From: a virus
Length of the DNA: 59,663 bases
Strand: one strand, 5' to 3'
Virus record (IMG/VR): IMGVR_UViG_3300048921_000145
Positions 7,580 to 15,958 of the stretch are shown in pieces (position 1 is the first letter of the stretch; every line of letters starts with the position of its first letter). The notes beneath the pieces are model-generated. The model was given only the letters and a program-made list of their open reading frames with translations. It had not been told where the DNA came from and did no database searches. The position numbers were made by a program, and so were the translations under genes.

Positions 7580-8268
7580 TGTCCTGAAGCACCGTCGCGG
7601 CTCCCCAGCTGCCTTCCCGCCCATGCGGGGCTCATCTTTATCGAAGTGTGATCTGTTATAGCAGCGCAGCTTGTGGATGAAACCAGTGGACCATGACCGC
7701 CGATTACAATGATGGTTGTTATTTGTAGCCCTGCGGAGTGAACGGGAGGCGTTGAAGAGACTCCACCACAAGCAGATCACACCTCAATACAGATGAAGTT
7801 ATGGCGACAAGCCGGATAGAGCCCCGGCCATTTGTATTCAGTGCTGTCCTGGGAGGCGGTCCCGCGCGGGAGTTTGTGCCGCTGTAAGTCCAGGCTGTAT
7901 CTGAATGCTCTCCCCCAGTCAGTGAAAGTCCCAGCCCGATCAAGCATCGCCGGGCCTATGCAGGGAGCGCCACAGGGAGAGCATCCAGATGCAGATGAAC
8001 GCCCAGGCTGATGGGACTATTCAGTTTGACGGGAATACGGGTTGATGTGGCAGCCCTTGATAACGACCGTGCTGGGTAGGTGAGAATCGACGAAGCCACA
8101 AGGCCGCAAGGCACTGAGCCACAAAGCCGGGGATCAGCGCCGGCCATCTGCAACAAGCTCAGAGGAAGTGAAACATCATCACGATGCGGATCAGGCCTCA
8201 ACACACCGCCAGCGATGGCGCCGGATCAGGTTACCGGCATAGCCCCGCCTCAACCGCGGGGCTTTTTT
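7580..8268 (+). ncRNA. Candidate large structured non-coding RNA (~690 nt) co-oriented with the tRNA array; family unknown
   Basis: No credible ORF in any frame within an otherwise gap-free genome. Contains nested perfect helices, e.g. 7646-7655/7773-7782, 7670-7676/7766-7772, 7834-7841/7901-7908 and 7907-7914/7975-7982. GNRA-loop hairpins at 8103-8112 and 8207-8220. Ends in an intrinsic terminator. Confidence 0.5.
8241..8268 (+). terminator. Rho-independent terminator
   Basis: AGCCCCGC-7 nt loop-GCGGGGCT followed by T6. Confidence 0.8.
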
Positions 8269-8275
8269 ATGCCTG

Positions 8276-8310
8276 TTGCGTAGTGCCCGCAACGGTTCGA
8301 TAATCAAACC
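8276..8310 (+). promoter_or_regulatory. Candidate late promoter with conserved box: TTGCGT-N17-GATAAT inside GTTCGATAATCAAACC (copy A)
   Basis: The 16-mer at 8295-8310 is identical to 16189-16204. Hairpin GTTGCG/CGCAAC (8275-8293) lies just upstream. Sits 31 nt before the terS ATG. Confidence 0.5.
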
Positions 8311-8341
8311 TACTGTTTCCACTTCACACCCGAGGCTATCC

Positions 8342-8929
8342 ATGACCGTACCGGCCAAGAAGGCGCCCGTCAAGCGCGCCCCGCGCAAACCCAAGATCGA
8401 GCCCCCCAAGGCCAAGGCCGTGCGCAAGCCTCGCGCGCCCAAGGTCAAGAAGCCCATCGGGCGCCCATCCTCGTACACCCAAGACATCGCCGACCTGCTG
8501 TGTGAAGGCCTCGCGTCCGGCCTGTCAATGCGAACCGTTTGCAAAGCTGAAGACATGCCCGCAATGGCGACGGTGTTCCGCTGGCTGCGCATCAATCAAG
8601 AGTTCAGAGAGCAGTACACGCGCGCCAAGCAAGAATCGGCCGACGCCCTGGTCGAAGAAATGATCGACATTTGCGACGACGGAACCAACGACTGGATGGT
8701 GACGCACGACAAGGACGGCGAAGAGAACGGCTACAAGATCAACGGTGAGCACGTCACGCGTTCGCGCCTGCGTGTGGAAACCCGCAAGTGGATCGCGGCC
8801 AAGCTGAAGCCGAAGGTCTACGGCGAGAAAGTCGACGTCAGCCATGGCGTTCAACCAGACAACCCGCTGCTGGCCTTGATGGGCCAAATGGCCGGCAAAG
8901 TCCTCAAACCGGTGGCCGATGATGAATAA
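8342..8929 (+). CDS. terS: Terminase small subunit (195 aa)
   Basis: Lys/Pro-rich N-terminus followed by GRPSSYTQDIADLLCEGLASGLSMRTVC...ATVFRWL HTH and a RLRVETRKWIAAKLKPKVYGEK tail, typical of this TerS family. Located upstream of terL. Confidence 0.8.
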   Translation: MTVPAKKAPVKRAPRKPKIEPPKAKAVRKPRAPKVKKPIGRPSSYTQDIADLLCEGLASGLSMRTVCKAEDMPAMATVFRWLRINQEFREQYTRAKQESADALVEEMIDICDDGTNDWMVTHDKDGEENGYKINGEHVTRSRLRVETRKWIAAKLKPKVYGEKVDVSHGVQPDNPLLALMGQMAGKVLKPVADDE

Positions 8930-9152
8930 AGCGCGCTCCTACGTGAAATCTGTGAAGTCGCGCGGGGCATTGGCCTGCGCTTTTCTCCCACGCGCATGGG
9001 GCAAGTTGCTGTGCGGCCTGAATTGGCATGACGACGTATCGACTGTCGACCCGCGCCGGGCGCGCAGCGTCATATCCGGTGGCGACATCAATATCCACTT
9101 TGTCACCACTCGCTGCCGCCGCTGTGGCAACACTCATAGGACGGTGCGCTGA
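8919..9152 (+). CDS. Small Cys-containing hypothetical protein (77 aa)
   Basis: ORF overlaps the terS stop and is coupled (TGATG) to the next gene. Contains an RCRRCGN motif. Confidence 0.45.
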   Translation: MMNKARSYVKSVKSRGALACAFLPRAWGKLLCGLNWHDDVSTVDPRRARSVISGGDINIHFVTTRCRRCGNTHRTVR

Positions 9153-9568
9153 TGAACATCTACATCGATTGCGAGTTCAACGAGTTCCGCGGTGCGCTGA
9201 TTAGCATGGCGTTGGTGGCGCAGGATGGCCGCGAGTTCTACGGCGTGCTGCATTGCGCCGACCCTGGGCCATGGGTGAAAGAGCATGTGCTGCCGGTGCT
9301 GGTCGAGCTGCCCATGTCGTATGACTGCTTTCAAAGTGAGCTGACTGAATACCTGGCTCAGTTCGAGCGCGTGAACATCGTCGCCGACTGGCCCGAGGAC
9401 ATCGCCCACTTCTGCGCTTCCTTGATCACCGGCCCCGGCTATCGGATGGCCACGCCACCGCTGACCATGGAAGTGCGCCGCGACCTCGATGCTGTGTCGA
9501 AGCTGCCGCATAACGCGCTGGAAGATGCCCGCGCCATTCGCCTGCTGGCCATCGAGAAGGGTCTGTAA
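9152..9568 (+). CDS. DEDDh-type 3'-5' exonuclease (DnaQ/RNase T-like, 138 aa)
   Basis: Motifs IDCEF (Exo I), IVADWPEDI (Exo II) and HNALEDA (Exo III with His). Confidence 0.75.
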   Translation: MNIYIDCEFNEFRGALISMALVAQDGREFYGVLHCADPGPWVKEHVLPVLVELPMSYDCFQSELTEYLAQFERVNIVADWPEDIAHFCASLITGPGYRMATPPLTMEVRRDLDAVSKLPHNALEDARAIRLLAIEKGL

Positions 9569-11139
9569 TGACGGCCATCGCCTACAAGTCGATCGAGGAC
9601 ATGACGTCCGACGAGTTCAAAGAGGCGCTGGCCGACCCGGTTTGGAGAATGCAGGCGCTCTACTGGATTAAAACTAAGGACAGCAGCGAGGACGATGACG
9701 ACGACTCTCAGGGGGTGGTGGTCAAGTTCAAGCCAAATCGCGCGCAGCAGGCGCTGATGAAACGCCTATGGTTTAGAAACCTAATTTTGAAGGCAAGACA
9801 ATTAGGCTTCACTACTTTCATCCAAATCTACTTCCTCGACGTCGCGCTGTTCACCCCCAACCTCAACCTGGGTGTATTGGCGCACACCGAGGACGCCGCG
9901 AAGAAGATCTTCAAGAAGATCAAGTTTGCCTATGACCGCCTGCCGCCGGCGCTGAAGGAGGCCATGCCGCTGAAGTCCTGCAGCGTGATGGAAATGACCC
10001 TGATGAACGGCTCGACCATCCAGGTGGGCACGTCGATGCGGGGCGACACCATCCATTACCTGCATGTGTCCGAGTACGGCAAGATTTGCGCGAAATACCC
10101 CGATCGCGCTGAAGAGATTGTGACCGGTACGTTCCCGGCCGTGCCTGACACCGGGATCATCTTCATCGAGTCGACCGCTGAAGGCCGTGGCGGTGACTTC
10201 TACGACAAGTCCAACCGGGCCGAGGCGCTGCATGAGTCGGGCGCCAAGCTGCGCCCCAAGCAATTCCGCTTCCACTTCTTCCCGTGGCACGACGAGGACG
10301 GCTATCAGTGCGACCCGGCCGGCGTGATCATCAGCCTCAAAGAGCACAGCTACTTCGACGAGCTGGAAGGCAAGTTGGGCAAGACGCTGTCGCTGGAGCA
10401 GCGCGCCTGGTGGATCACCACCCGCGACGAGCTGTTCGGTGGCCAAGATGAGCGCATGTGGCAAGAGTACCCATCGACCTCGAAGGAAGCCTTCCAGCAG
10501 TCAACCGAGGGTACCTACTACAAGATGCAGCTGATTGCCGCGCGCAAACAGAAGCGCATCACCACCGTCGCCTACCACCCGGGCATCCCGGTCAACACCT
10601 TCTGGGACATCGGCCACAGCGACGGCACGGCCATCTGGCTGCACCAGCGCGTGGGCCAGCGCGATAACTTCATTGGCTTCATCGAAGGCTGGGTAGAGCC
10701 CTACTCCTACTTCGTCACCGAGCTGCAAAAGACCGGTTACGTGTGGGGTCATCACTACCTACCGCACGACGGTAACCACATCCGCCAGGGTGAGGACGTC
10801 AGCAAGTCACCCAAGGAAATGCTGGAGAACCTGGGCCTGCGCCACGTCGAAATCGTCCAGCGCGTCAGCGAGTTGCAGCATGGTATTCAAGCCACGCGTA
10901 ACGCTTTTAGCACCTACTGGTTCGATGAGGTAAACTGTAAGGAAGGCCTGGCTCACATCGAGTTGTACAAGAAGTCCTGGAACACCAAGACCCAAACATG
11001 GGGTGACCGCCCACTGAAGGACGGCCACACCGAAGCCGCCGACGCCCTACGCCAACACGCGCAGGGCTTTATCGACCATGGCCCGCAGAAGAGCGTCGCA
11101 AGCGTTCGCGGGAGCCGCAAGAGCTGGAGGACCGCTTAG
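9568..11139 (+). CDS. terL: Terminase large subunit (523 aa)
   Basis: ILKARQLGFTTF Walker-A-like ATPase segment, C-terminal nuclease-like region, and typical size and position. Confidence 0.9.
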   Translation: MTAIAYKSIEDMTSDEFKEALADPVWRMQALYWIKTKDSSEDDDDDSQGVVVKFKPNRAQQALMKRLWFRNLILKARQLGFTTFIQIYFLDVALFTPNLNLGVLAHTEDAAKKIFKKIKFAYDRLPPALKEAMPLKSCSVMEMTLMNGSTIQVGTSMRGDTIHYLHVSEYGKICAKYPDRAEEIVTGTFPAVPDTGIIFIESTAEGRGGDFYDKSNRAEALHESGAKLRPKQFRFHFFPWHDEDGYQCDPAGVIISLKEHSYFDELEGKLGKTLSLEQRAWWITTRDELFGGQDERMWQEYPSTSKEAFQQSTEGTYYKMQLIAARKQKRITTVAYHPGIPVNTFWDIGHSDGTAIWLHQRVGQRDNFIGFIEGWVEPYSYFVTELQKTGYVWGHHYLPHDGNHIRQGEDVSKSPKEMLENLGLRHVEIVQRVSELQHGIQATRNAFSTYWFDEVNCKEGLAHIELYKKSWNTKTQTWGDRPLKDGHTEAADALRQHAQGFIDHGPQKSVASVRGSRKSWRTA

Positions 11140-11381
11140 TGACCGCTGAACAGTTTGCCTATTGGCTGCAAGGCTTCGCCGAGTTGAACGCTGAGCCGCC
11201 GACGCCCGAGCAGTGGAAAAGCATCAACGAGCACCTGCAAACCGTGTTTGTGAAGGTCACGCCGGCATATGTGCCGCCGATCAAGGAGCAGAACGGCTTC
11301 CCGCGCACGCTGGAGGTGCGCCCAAGCGACGTCTACGGTCCATTCGATCGCTTCCCGTTCGCGCCCGTCATCACCTGTTAA
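11139..11381 (+). CDS. Hypothetical protein (80 aa, GTG start)
   Basis: Coupled ORF following terL. Confidence 0.6.
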   Translation: MTAEQFAYWLQGFAELNAEPPTPEQWKSINEHLQTVFVKVTPAYVPPIKEQNGFPRTLEVRPSDVYGPFDRFPFAPVITC

Positions 11382-11393
11382 GAGGTTTTCGCA

Positions 11394-11834
11394 ATGACTC
11401 AAAGTTACGTTGGCACAAAGCTGGTCAAGGGCCAGCCCATGAATCGCCTGGACTACAACCTGTACCGTGGCTGGGTTCTGCCCGAGGATGAGAACGGCGC
11501 CGATGCCGGTTATCTGGTCGAGTACCTGGATGGCGGCAAGCCCAACCACAGCGCGCACGCAGGTTACATCAGCTGGTCACCAGCCGAGCAGTTCCAGAAC
11601 GCCAACGTCGCGTTGGGCGAAATTGATCACTTGGCTCCGCACCAGCAGCGCGTCGTCGCCGAGCTTGAGCAGTTAGCCGACCGTGTGACCAAGTTGGAAT
11701 CGTTCCTCGCCACGCCGTTCTACGCCAGCCTGGACGAGGACGAGCGCACGCTGCTGAAGATGCAGGCCGACGCCATGGTGCTGTACATGGGCATCCTCAA
11801 CACCCGCGCCAACAAGTTCGGGGGTGGCAAATGA
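11394..11834 (+). CDS. Hypothetical protein, N4 gp49 / Sf6 gp66-like N-terminal domain (146 aa)
   Basis: The pattern KGQPMNRLDYNLYRGWVLPEDENGADAGYLVEY...GYISWSPAEQF resembles that family (from memory). Confidence 0.65.
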   Translation: MTQSYVGTKLVKGQPMNRLDYNLYRGWVLPEDENGADAGYLVEYLDGGKPNHSAHAGYISWSPAEQFQNANVALGEIDHLAPHQQRVVAELEQLADRVTKLESFLATPFYASLDEDERTLLKMQADAMVLYMGILNTRANKFGGGK

Positions 11835-12184
11835 GTAATCCAGCCACCGACAACCTGAACTTCTGCGACGCCCTGCGCGCGATCAAGGCCGGCAAGCGTG
11901 CCCAGCGTGCCGGCTGGAACGGCAAAGGCCTGTTCGCCTTCCTTCAGCCAGGCAGCGTCCACGGCCCTTACCTTGGCCCCAAGTTTCAATTGGCCATGGA
12001 GTCGGCGCCCGATGAAGGCGAAACCATCGACGGCCTGAGCGTGAGCTTGTTCCATACCAACGCCGCCGAGCACACCGCGATTCGTTACCCGCAGCTGTGC
12101 CTGTCCTTCCCGACGGGCACCTTTGGCGCGTGGGCACCGAGCCAGACCGACATGCTCGCCAGTGACTGGAAGATCGTCGAATGA
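11831..12184 (+). CDS. DUF2829-family protein (Tad2-like, candidate anti-Thoeris sponge; 117 aa)
   Basis: FCDALRAIKAGKRAQRAGWNGKGLFAFL N-terminal signature and C-terminal SQTDMLASDWKIV, both typical of DUF2829. Confidence 0.7.
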   Translation: MSNPATDNLNFCDALRAIKAGKRAQRAGWNGKGLFAFLQPGSVHGPYLGPKFQLAMESAPDEGETIDGLSVSLFHTNAAEHTAIRYPQLCLSFPTGTFGAWAPSQTDMLASDWKIVE

Positions 12185-12618
12185 ACAAGCCTGTCCTCGA
12201 CCTGACCAACCGCGCGTTTACCCGCGTGCTCGGCGACCTGTCGATCATTGGCACCTGGTACGGCGCCGACATCGACGAGTGCGAGCCGGTGCTGTGCCTG
12301 GTGCCAACGTTCCGCATCAACATGTTCGATGGCGTGTCGATCCGCTCCAAGCCGTGCTGTGTGGCGCTTTCTGCTGCACACCTGTACGACGAACCCCGTT
12401 ACTTGCTCACACGCGCGCGTGAATTCAGCCAGTTACTCGGCTTCAGCGACGACATGCAGCGCACGCACAAGATCGCCGAGGCGATTCATGGCTCGCTGCT
12501 CGACCTGATCAAGATGCCCCCGCGCCCGGTGATTGGTTCGTTCGTGGGCGCTGACGCCACCCTGACCGACATGAACAGCGGCCGGCAAACGACCACCGAG
12601 CTACACACCCACTACTAA
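12181..12618 (+). CDS. Hypothetical protein (145 aa)
   Basis: ATGA-coupled ORF. Confidence 0.7.
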   Translation: MNKPVLDLTNRAFTRVLGDLSIIGTWYGADIDECEPVLCLVPTFRINMFDGVSIRSKPCCVALSAAHLYDEPRYLLTRAREFSQLLGFSDDMQRTHKIAEAIHGSLLDLIKMPPRPVIGSFVGADATLTDMNSGRQTTTELHTHY

Positions 12619-12630
12619 GGAGTAACGCCA

Positions 12631-14928
12631 GTGTTCGATATGGCCAGCGACGACCACACCCGCATCAAGAAAGGCTTGGCTTCGCGCGTTGGCCAGGAAT
12701 ACGAGGGCGAGTACGAGGAAGTAGAAGAGACAGCCAAAAACCCGCTGGATGATGAAGAGCACCACCTGTTGCACTGCAAGCTGCTCGGTTACTACCAGCG
12801 TGAGCTGGATCGCCAGAACCACAACCGCATCCAGATGGCCATCGATGAGGACTACTACGACAACGACCAGTGGAGCGAGGCCGACGCCGAAGAGCTGAAG
12901 GATCGCGGCCAGGCGGCCATCTGTTACAACGTCATCACCCAGTCCATCAACTGGGTCATCGGTAGCGAGAAGCGCGGTCGCTCTGATTTCAAGGTGTTGC
13001 CGCGCGGCAAGGAAGACGCCAAGCCGGCACAGAAGAAGACGCAGCTCATGAAGTACCTGAGCGACGTCAACCGCACGCCGTTCAACCGCTCCCGTTCGTT
13101 CGAGGACGCGGTCAAGGTCGGCCTTGGTTGGATTGAAACCGGCGTGACTGAGCGCGACAACGGCGAGCCGATCTATAACCGCTACGAGTCGTGGCGCAAC
13201 ATGCTGTGGGACAGCGCGTCCACCGAGTTCGACCTGTCCGATGCCCGTTACGTCATCCGCATCAAGTGGGTTGACCTGGACGTGGCCATTGCCATGTTCC
13301 CCGAGCGTGAGGAAATGCTTGAACGCTCGGCCAGTTCCAGCGAACGCTACGGCATGGACCTGGCCAACGGCGACGAAGTCATGGACTACGCCGAAGATGA
13401 GATGGATTCGCTCGGCCGCGGCATGGCAGACCACAGCGTCGAGCGCCGTCGCGTGCGCATGATTGAAATCTGGTATCGCAAGCCCGACCGCGTGCAGAAG
13501 ATCGTCGCCGGCCAGCGTCAAGGCGAGGTATTCGACCCGCAGGACCAGAACCACCAGGCATTGGTGCAAGGCGGCGAGTCGGTCGTCGCTGATCGCATGA
13601 TGATGAGCATGAACATCTGCATCATGACCACCAGCGGCATGTGCTACAACGGCCGCAGCCCGTACAAACACAACAAGTTCCCATTCATTCCAGTGTGGGG
13701 CTATCGTCGCGGCCGGGACAACATGCCCTACGGCATGATCCGCTCGATGCGTGACATCCAAGACGACGTGAACAAGCGCGCCTCGAAAGCCCTGTTCATC
13801 CTGTCGACCAACAAAACCATCATGGATGAAGGTGCGGTGCCCGACGTGGCGGCCTTCATGGACGAGGTCAGCCGCCCGGACGGCGTGATCATCAAGCGCA
13901 AAGGCCATGAACTGGTCATTAACGCTGACCGCGAGCTGGCCCCGGCGCACCTGCAAATTATGAGTCAGTCGATCAACATGATTCAGTCCGTCTCTGGCGT
14001 GACTGATGAGCAGATGGGCAAGACCACCAATGCCAAGTCGGGCGTGGCCATCCAGGCGCGCCAAGACCAGGGCAGCAAGTCGACCTCGAAGCTGTTCGAC
14101 AACCTGCGCTTCGCCTTCCAGTGCGACGGCGAAATCACCCTGAGCCTGTGTGAGCAGTATTTCACCGCGAAGAAACAGTTCCGCATCACCAACCAGCGCG
14201 GTACGCCGGACTTCATCGACATCAACGATGGTCTGCCCGAGAACGACATCACCCGCACGCAGGCCGATTTCATCATCAGCGACAGCGAATGGCGCGCGTC
14301 CCTGCGTCAGGCCCAGGCCCAGCAGCTGGCGGAAATGATGCCAACCCTGCCGCCACAAGTGCAGCTGGTGCTGCTCGACCTGCTCATTGAAGAGCTGGAC
14401 CTGCCCAACGGCGAGGAAATGGTCAAGCGTATCCGCCAGATCACCGGCATGCGCGATCCGGACGCCACCGAGCCAACCCCGGAAGAGATTCAAGCCGAGC
14501 AGGCGCAGGCCGAGCAGCAGAAACAACAGCAGATCATGGCCGAGGCCCAGCTGCGCAACCTCAACGCCAAGTCGATCAAGGACGAGACGGCCGCACAGAA
14601 AACCATGGTCGACACCGTGCTTGTCAGCATGAACTCGCAGCTGACCGCTGTAGAGGCCGCGCAAATCTCCATGCTCAACCCGACCATCCTGCCGGTGGCC
14701 GACGCCTTGCTGCATGAAGCTGGCTTTGTCTCGAAGTCCGAAGAGGAAGCGCAACAGGTCCAGGCGCAGGCCCAGCAGGATCAGGCCGCGCAACAGCAGC
14801 AGATGCAGCAGCAACAGATGCAAGAGCAGCAAATGCAGCAGCAGCAACAAGAGCAGGCCCAGCAACAGCAGCAAGGCCCAGCCCAAGACATGCAACAGGG
14901 CATCCCGCTGCCAGGCGGTCCGCAATGA
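12631..14928 (+). CDS. Portal protein (765 aa, GTG start) with Gln-rich C-terminal tail
   Basis: Size and position between terL and the scaffold. DEDYYDNDQW segment. The last ~70 aa are poly-Q/A/E. Confidence 0.85.
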   Translation: MFDMASDDHTRIKKGLASRVGQEYEGEYEEVEETAKNPLDDEEHHLLHCKLLGYYQRELDRQNHNRIQMAIDEDYYDNDQWSEADAEELKDRGQAAICYNVITQSINWVIGSEKRGRSDFKVLPRGKEDAKPAQKKTQLMKYLSDVNRTPFNRSRSFEDAVKVGLGWIETGVTERDNGEPIYNRYESWRNMLWDSASTEFDLSDARYVIRIKWVDLDVAIAMFPEREEMLERSASSSERYGMDLANGDEVMDYAEDEMDSLGRGMADHSVERRRVRMIEIWYRKPDRVQKIVAGQRQGEVFDPQDQNHQALVQGGESVVADRMMMSMNICIMTTSGMCYNGRSPYKHNKFPFIPVWGYRRGRDNMPYGMIRSMRDIQDDVNKRASKALFILSTNKTIMDEGAVPDVAAFMDEVSRPDGVIIKRKGHELVINADRELAPAHLQIMSQSINMIQSVSGVTDEQMGKTTNAKSGVAIQARQDQGSKSTSKLFDNLRFAFQCDGEITLSLCEQYFTAKKQFRITNQRGTPDFIDINDGLPENDITRTQADFIISDSEWRASLRQAQAQQLAEMMPTLPPQVQLVLLDLLIEELDLPNGEEMVKRIRQITGMRDPDATEPTPEEIQAEQAQAEQQKQQQIMAEAQLRNLNAKSIKDETAAQKTMVDTVLVSMNSQLTAVEAAQISMLNPTILPVADALLHEAGFVSKSEEEAQQVQAQAQQDQAAQQQQMQQQQMQEQQMQQQQQEQAQQQQQGPAQDMQQGIPLPGGPQ

Positions 14929-14967
14929 TCATCGTGACACCCCCACTCCCAACCCGAGGTTTTACAC

Positions 14968-15954
14968 ATGGCAACTGAAGCAACCGCAAACGCCGGCCTG
15001 ACTGACGAAGAAGTGTTGGCACTGGCCGAAATGAACGAGCAGATCAATGGCGCCAGCGAAGACGACCCGGTGTTCAACATCGACGAAGTGGTTCGCAAGG
15101 GCCAAACCCCGGAAGATGCGGGCCTGATGCAGGCGGCTGCCAAGCTTGAGGCCGATACCGCCGCTGATGCCAAGGCTACCGAAGACGCTGCCGCCGCTGC
15201 CGCCCTGGCTGCCGCCGAAGCTGCCAAGCCAAAGGGCGAGCCAACCCCGGAAGAAAAGGCCGCCGCCGATGCCGCTGCCGCCGCCGCTGCTCAGGAAGAG
15301 CCAGCCCCAGTGGTTGACGCTGGCCAGCCGGTGCTGGTTGCTCAGGTGCCAGAAGGCACCGTTGAGCGCCTGGCTGCCATTGGTGATGAGAAGAAGGCCA
15401 TCACCGCCAAGTTCGACGACGGCGACCTGACCGCCAGCGAAATGAACGCCGAGTTGGAAGCGCTGAACAAGGAAGAGCGCAAGCTGGAACGCGTCATTGA
15501 CCGCGCCGAGATTGCCACCGACCTGGAGAACCAGCGCATCACCAACGACCGGACCAAGGAAATCAACACGTTCCTCAGTGACGTAAAGATTCCCAACGAT
15601 CCGAAAAACCTGCGCTTCCAGACGCTGAACCAGGCGGTTATCCAAGTGGCCAGCGATCCGGCCAACGCCACCTTGGGCGCCACGGCGATCATGCAAAAGG
15701 CCCATGAGCTGTGCGTCAAGGAAGGCGTGTTACCACCGAAGGCCGGCAAGACTGACCCGACACCAGCGCCGAAGAAAGAACTCAAGCCGCTCAATGCGCC
15801 GCCAACCCTGGCCGGCGTGCCAGCCTCCGACATCGCGGCGACCGAAGAAAACCGCTTTGCCCACCTCAACCGCATGAACCCTGACCAGCGCGAGGCGGCA
15901 TTCGGCAAGATGAGCGAAGCTGACCAGAACGCCTACCTGGCCGCAGGAGCTTAA
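14968..15954 (+). CDS. Putative scaffolding protein (328 aa)
   Basis: Ala/Glu/Lys-rich helical protein between the portal and capsid genes. Confidence 0.6.
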   Translation: MATEATANAGLTDEEVLALAEMNEQINGASEDDPVFNIDEVVRKGQTPEDAGLMQAAAKLEADTAADAKATEDAAAAAALAAAEAAKPKGEPTPEEKAAADAAAAAAAQEEPAPVVDAGQPVLVAQVPEGTVERLAAIGDEKKAITAKFDDGDLTASEMNAELEALNKEERKLERVIDRAEIATDLENQRITNDRTKEINTFLSDVKIPNDPKNLRFQTLNQAVIQVASDPANATLGATAIMQKAHELCVKEGVLPPKAGKTDPTPAPKKELKPLNAPPTLAGVPASDIAATEENRFAHLNRMNPDQREAAFGKMSEADQNAYLAAGA

Positions 15955-15958
15955 CCCT

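Noticed and set aside
7547-8283. Short ORFs inside the tRNA-distal non-coding region (7547-7780, 7719-7943 and 7956-8204 on the minus strand; 8080-8283 on the plus strand).
   Set aside because: They overlap tRNA genes or each other, have no SD, and their Arg/Ser/Pro/Gly-rich translations are not protein-like. The region is better explained as structured RNA.
12601-14925. 774-aa ORF antisense to the portal gene. Similar giant antisense or off-frame ORFs occur at 36782-41155 (1,457 aa), 24715-27045 (776 aa), 22096-24036 (646 aa) and 16247-17632 (461 aa).
   Set aside because: These are typical shadow ORFs of GC-rich DNA. Their translations are dominated by Leu/Arg/Gly/Ala/Val runs (for example LLLLLHLLLL). 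They mirror strong same-locus genes with clear homologous motifs and lack RBS or start context.
14740-14925. CAG/CAA-rich tract at the 3' end of the portal gene, and a similar tract in ssb (50700-50850); considered as possible tandem-repeat or contingency loci.
   Set aside because: They are imperfect, in-frame Gln-rich low-complexity tails (a poly-Q linker is normal for SSB). They are not exact nucleotide tandem repeats prone to slippage.
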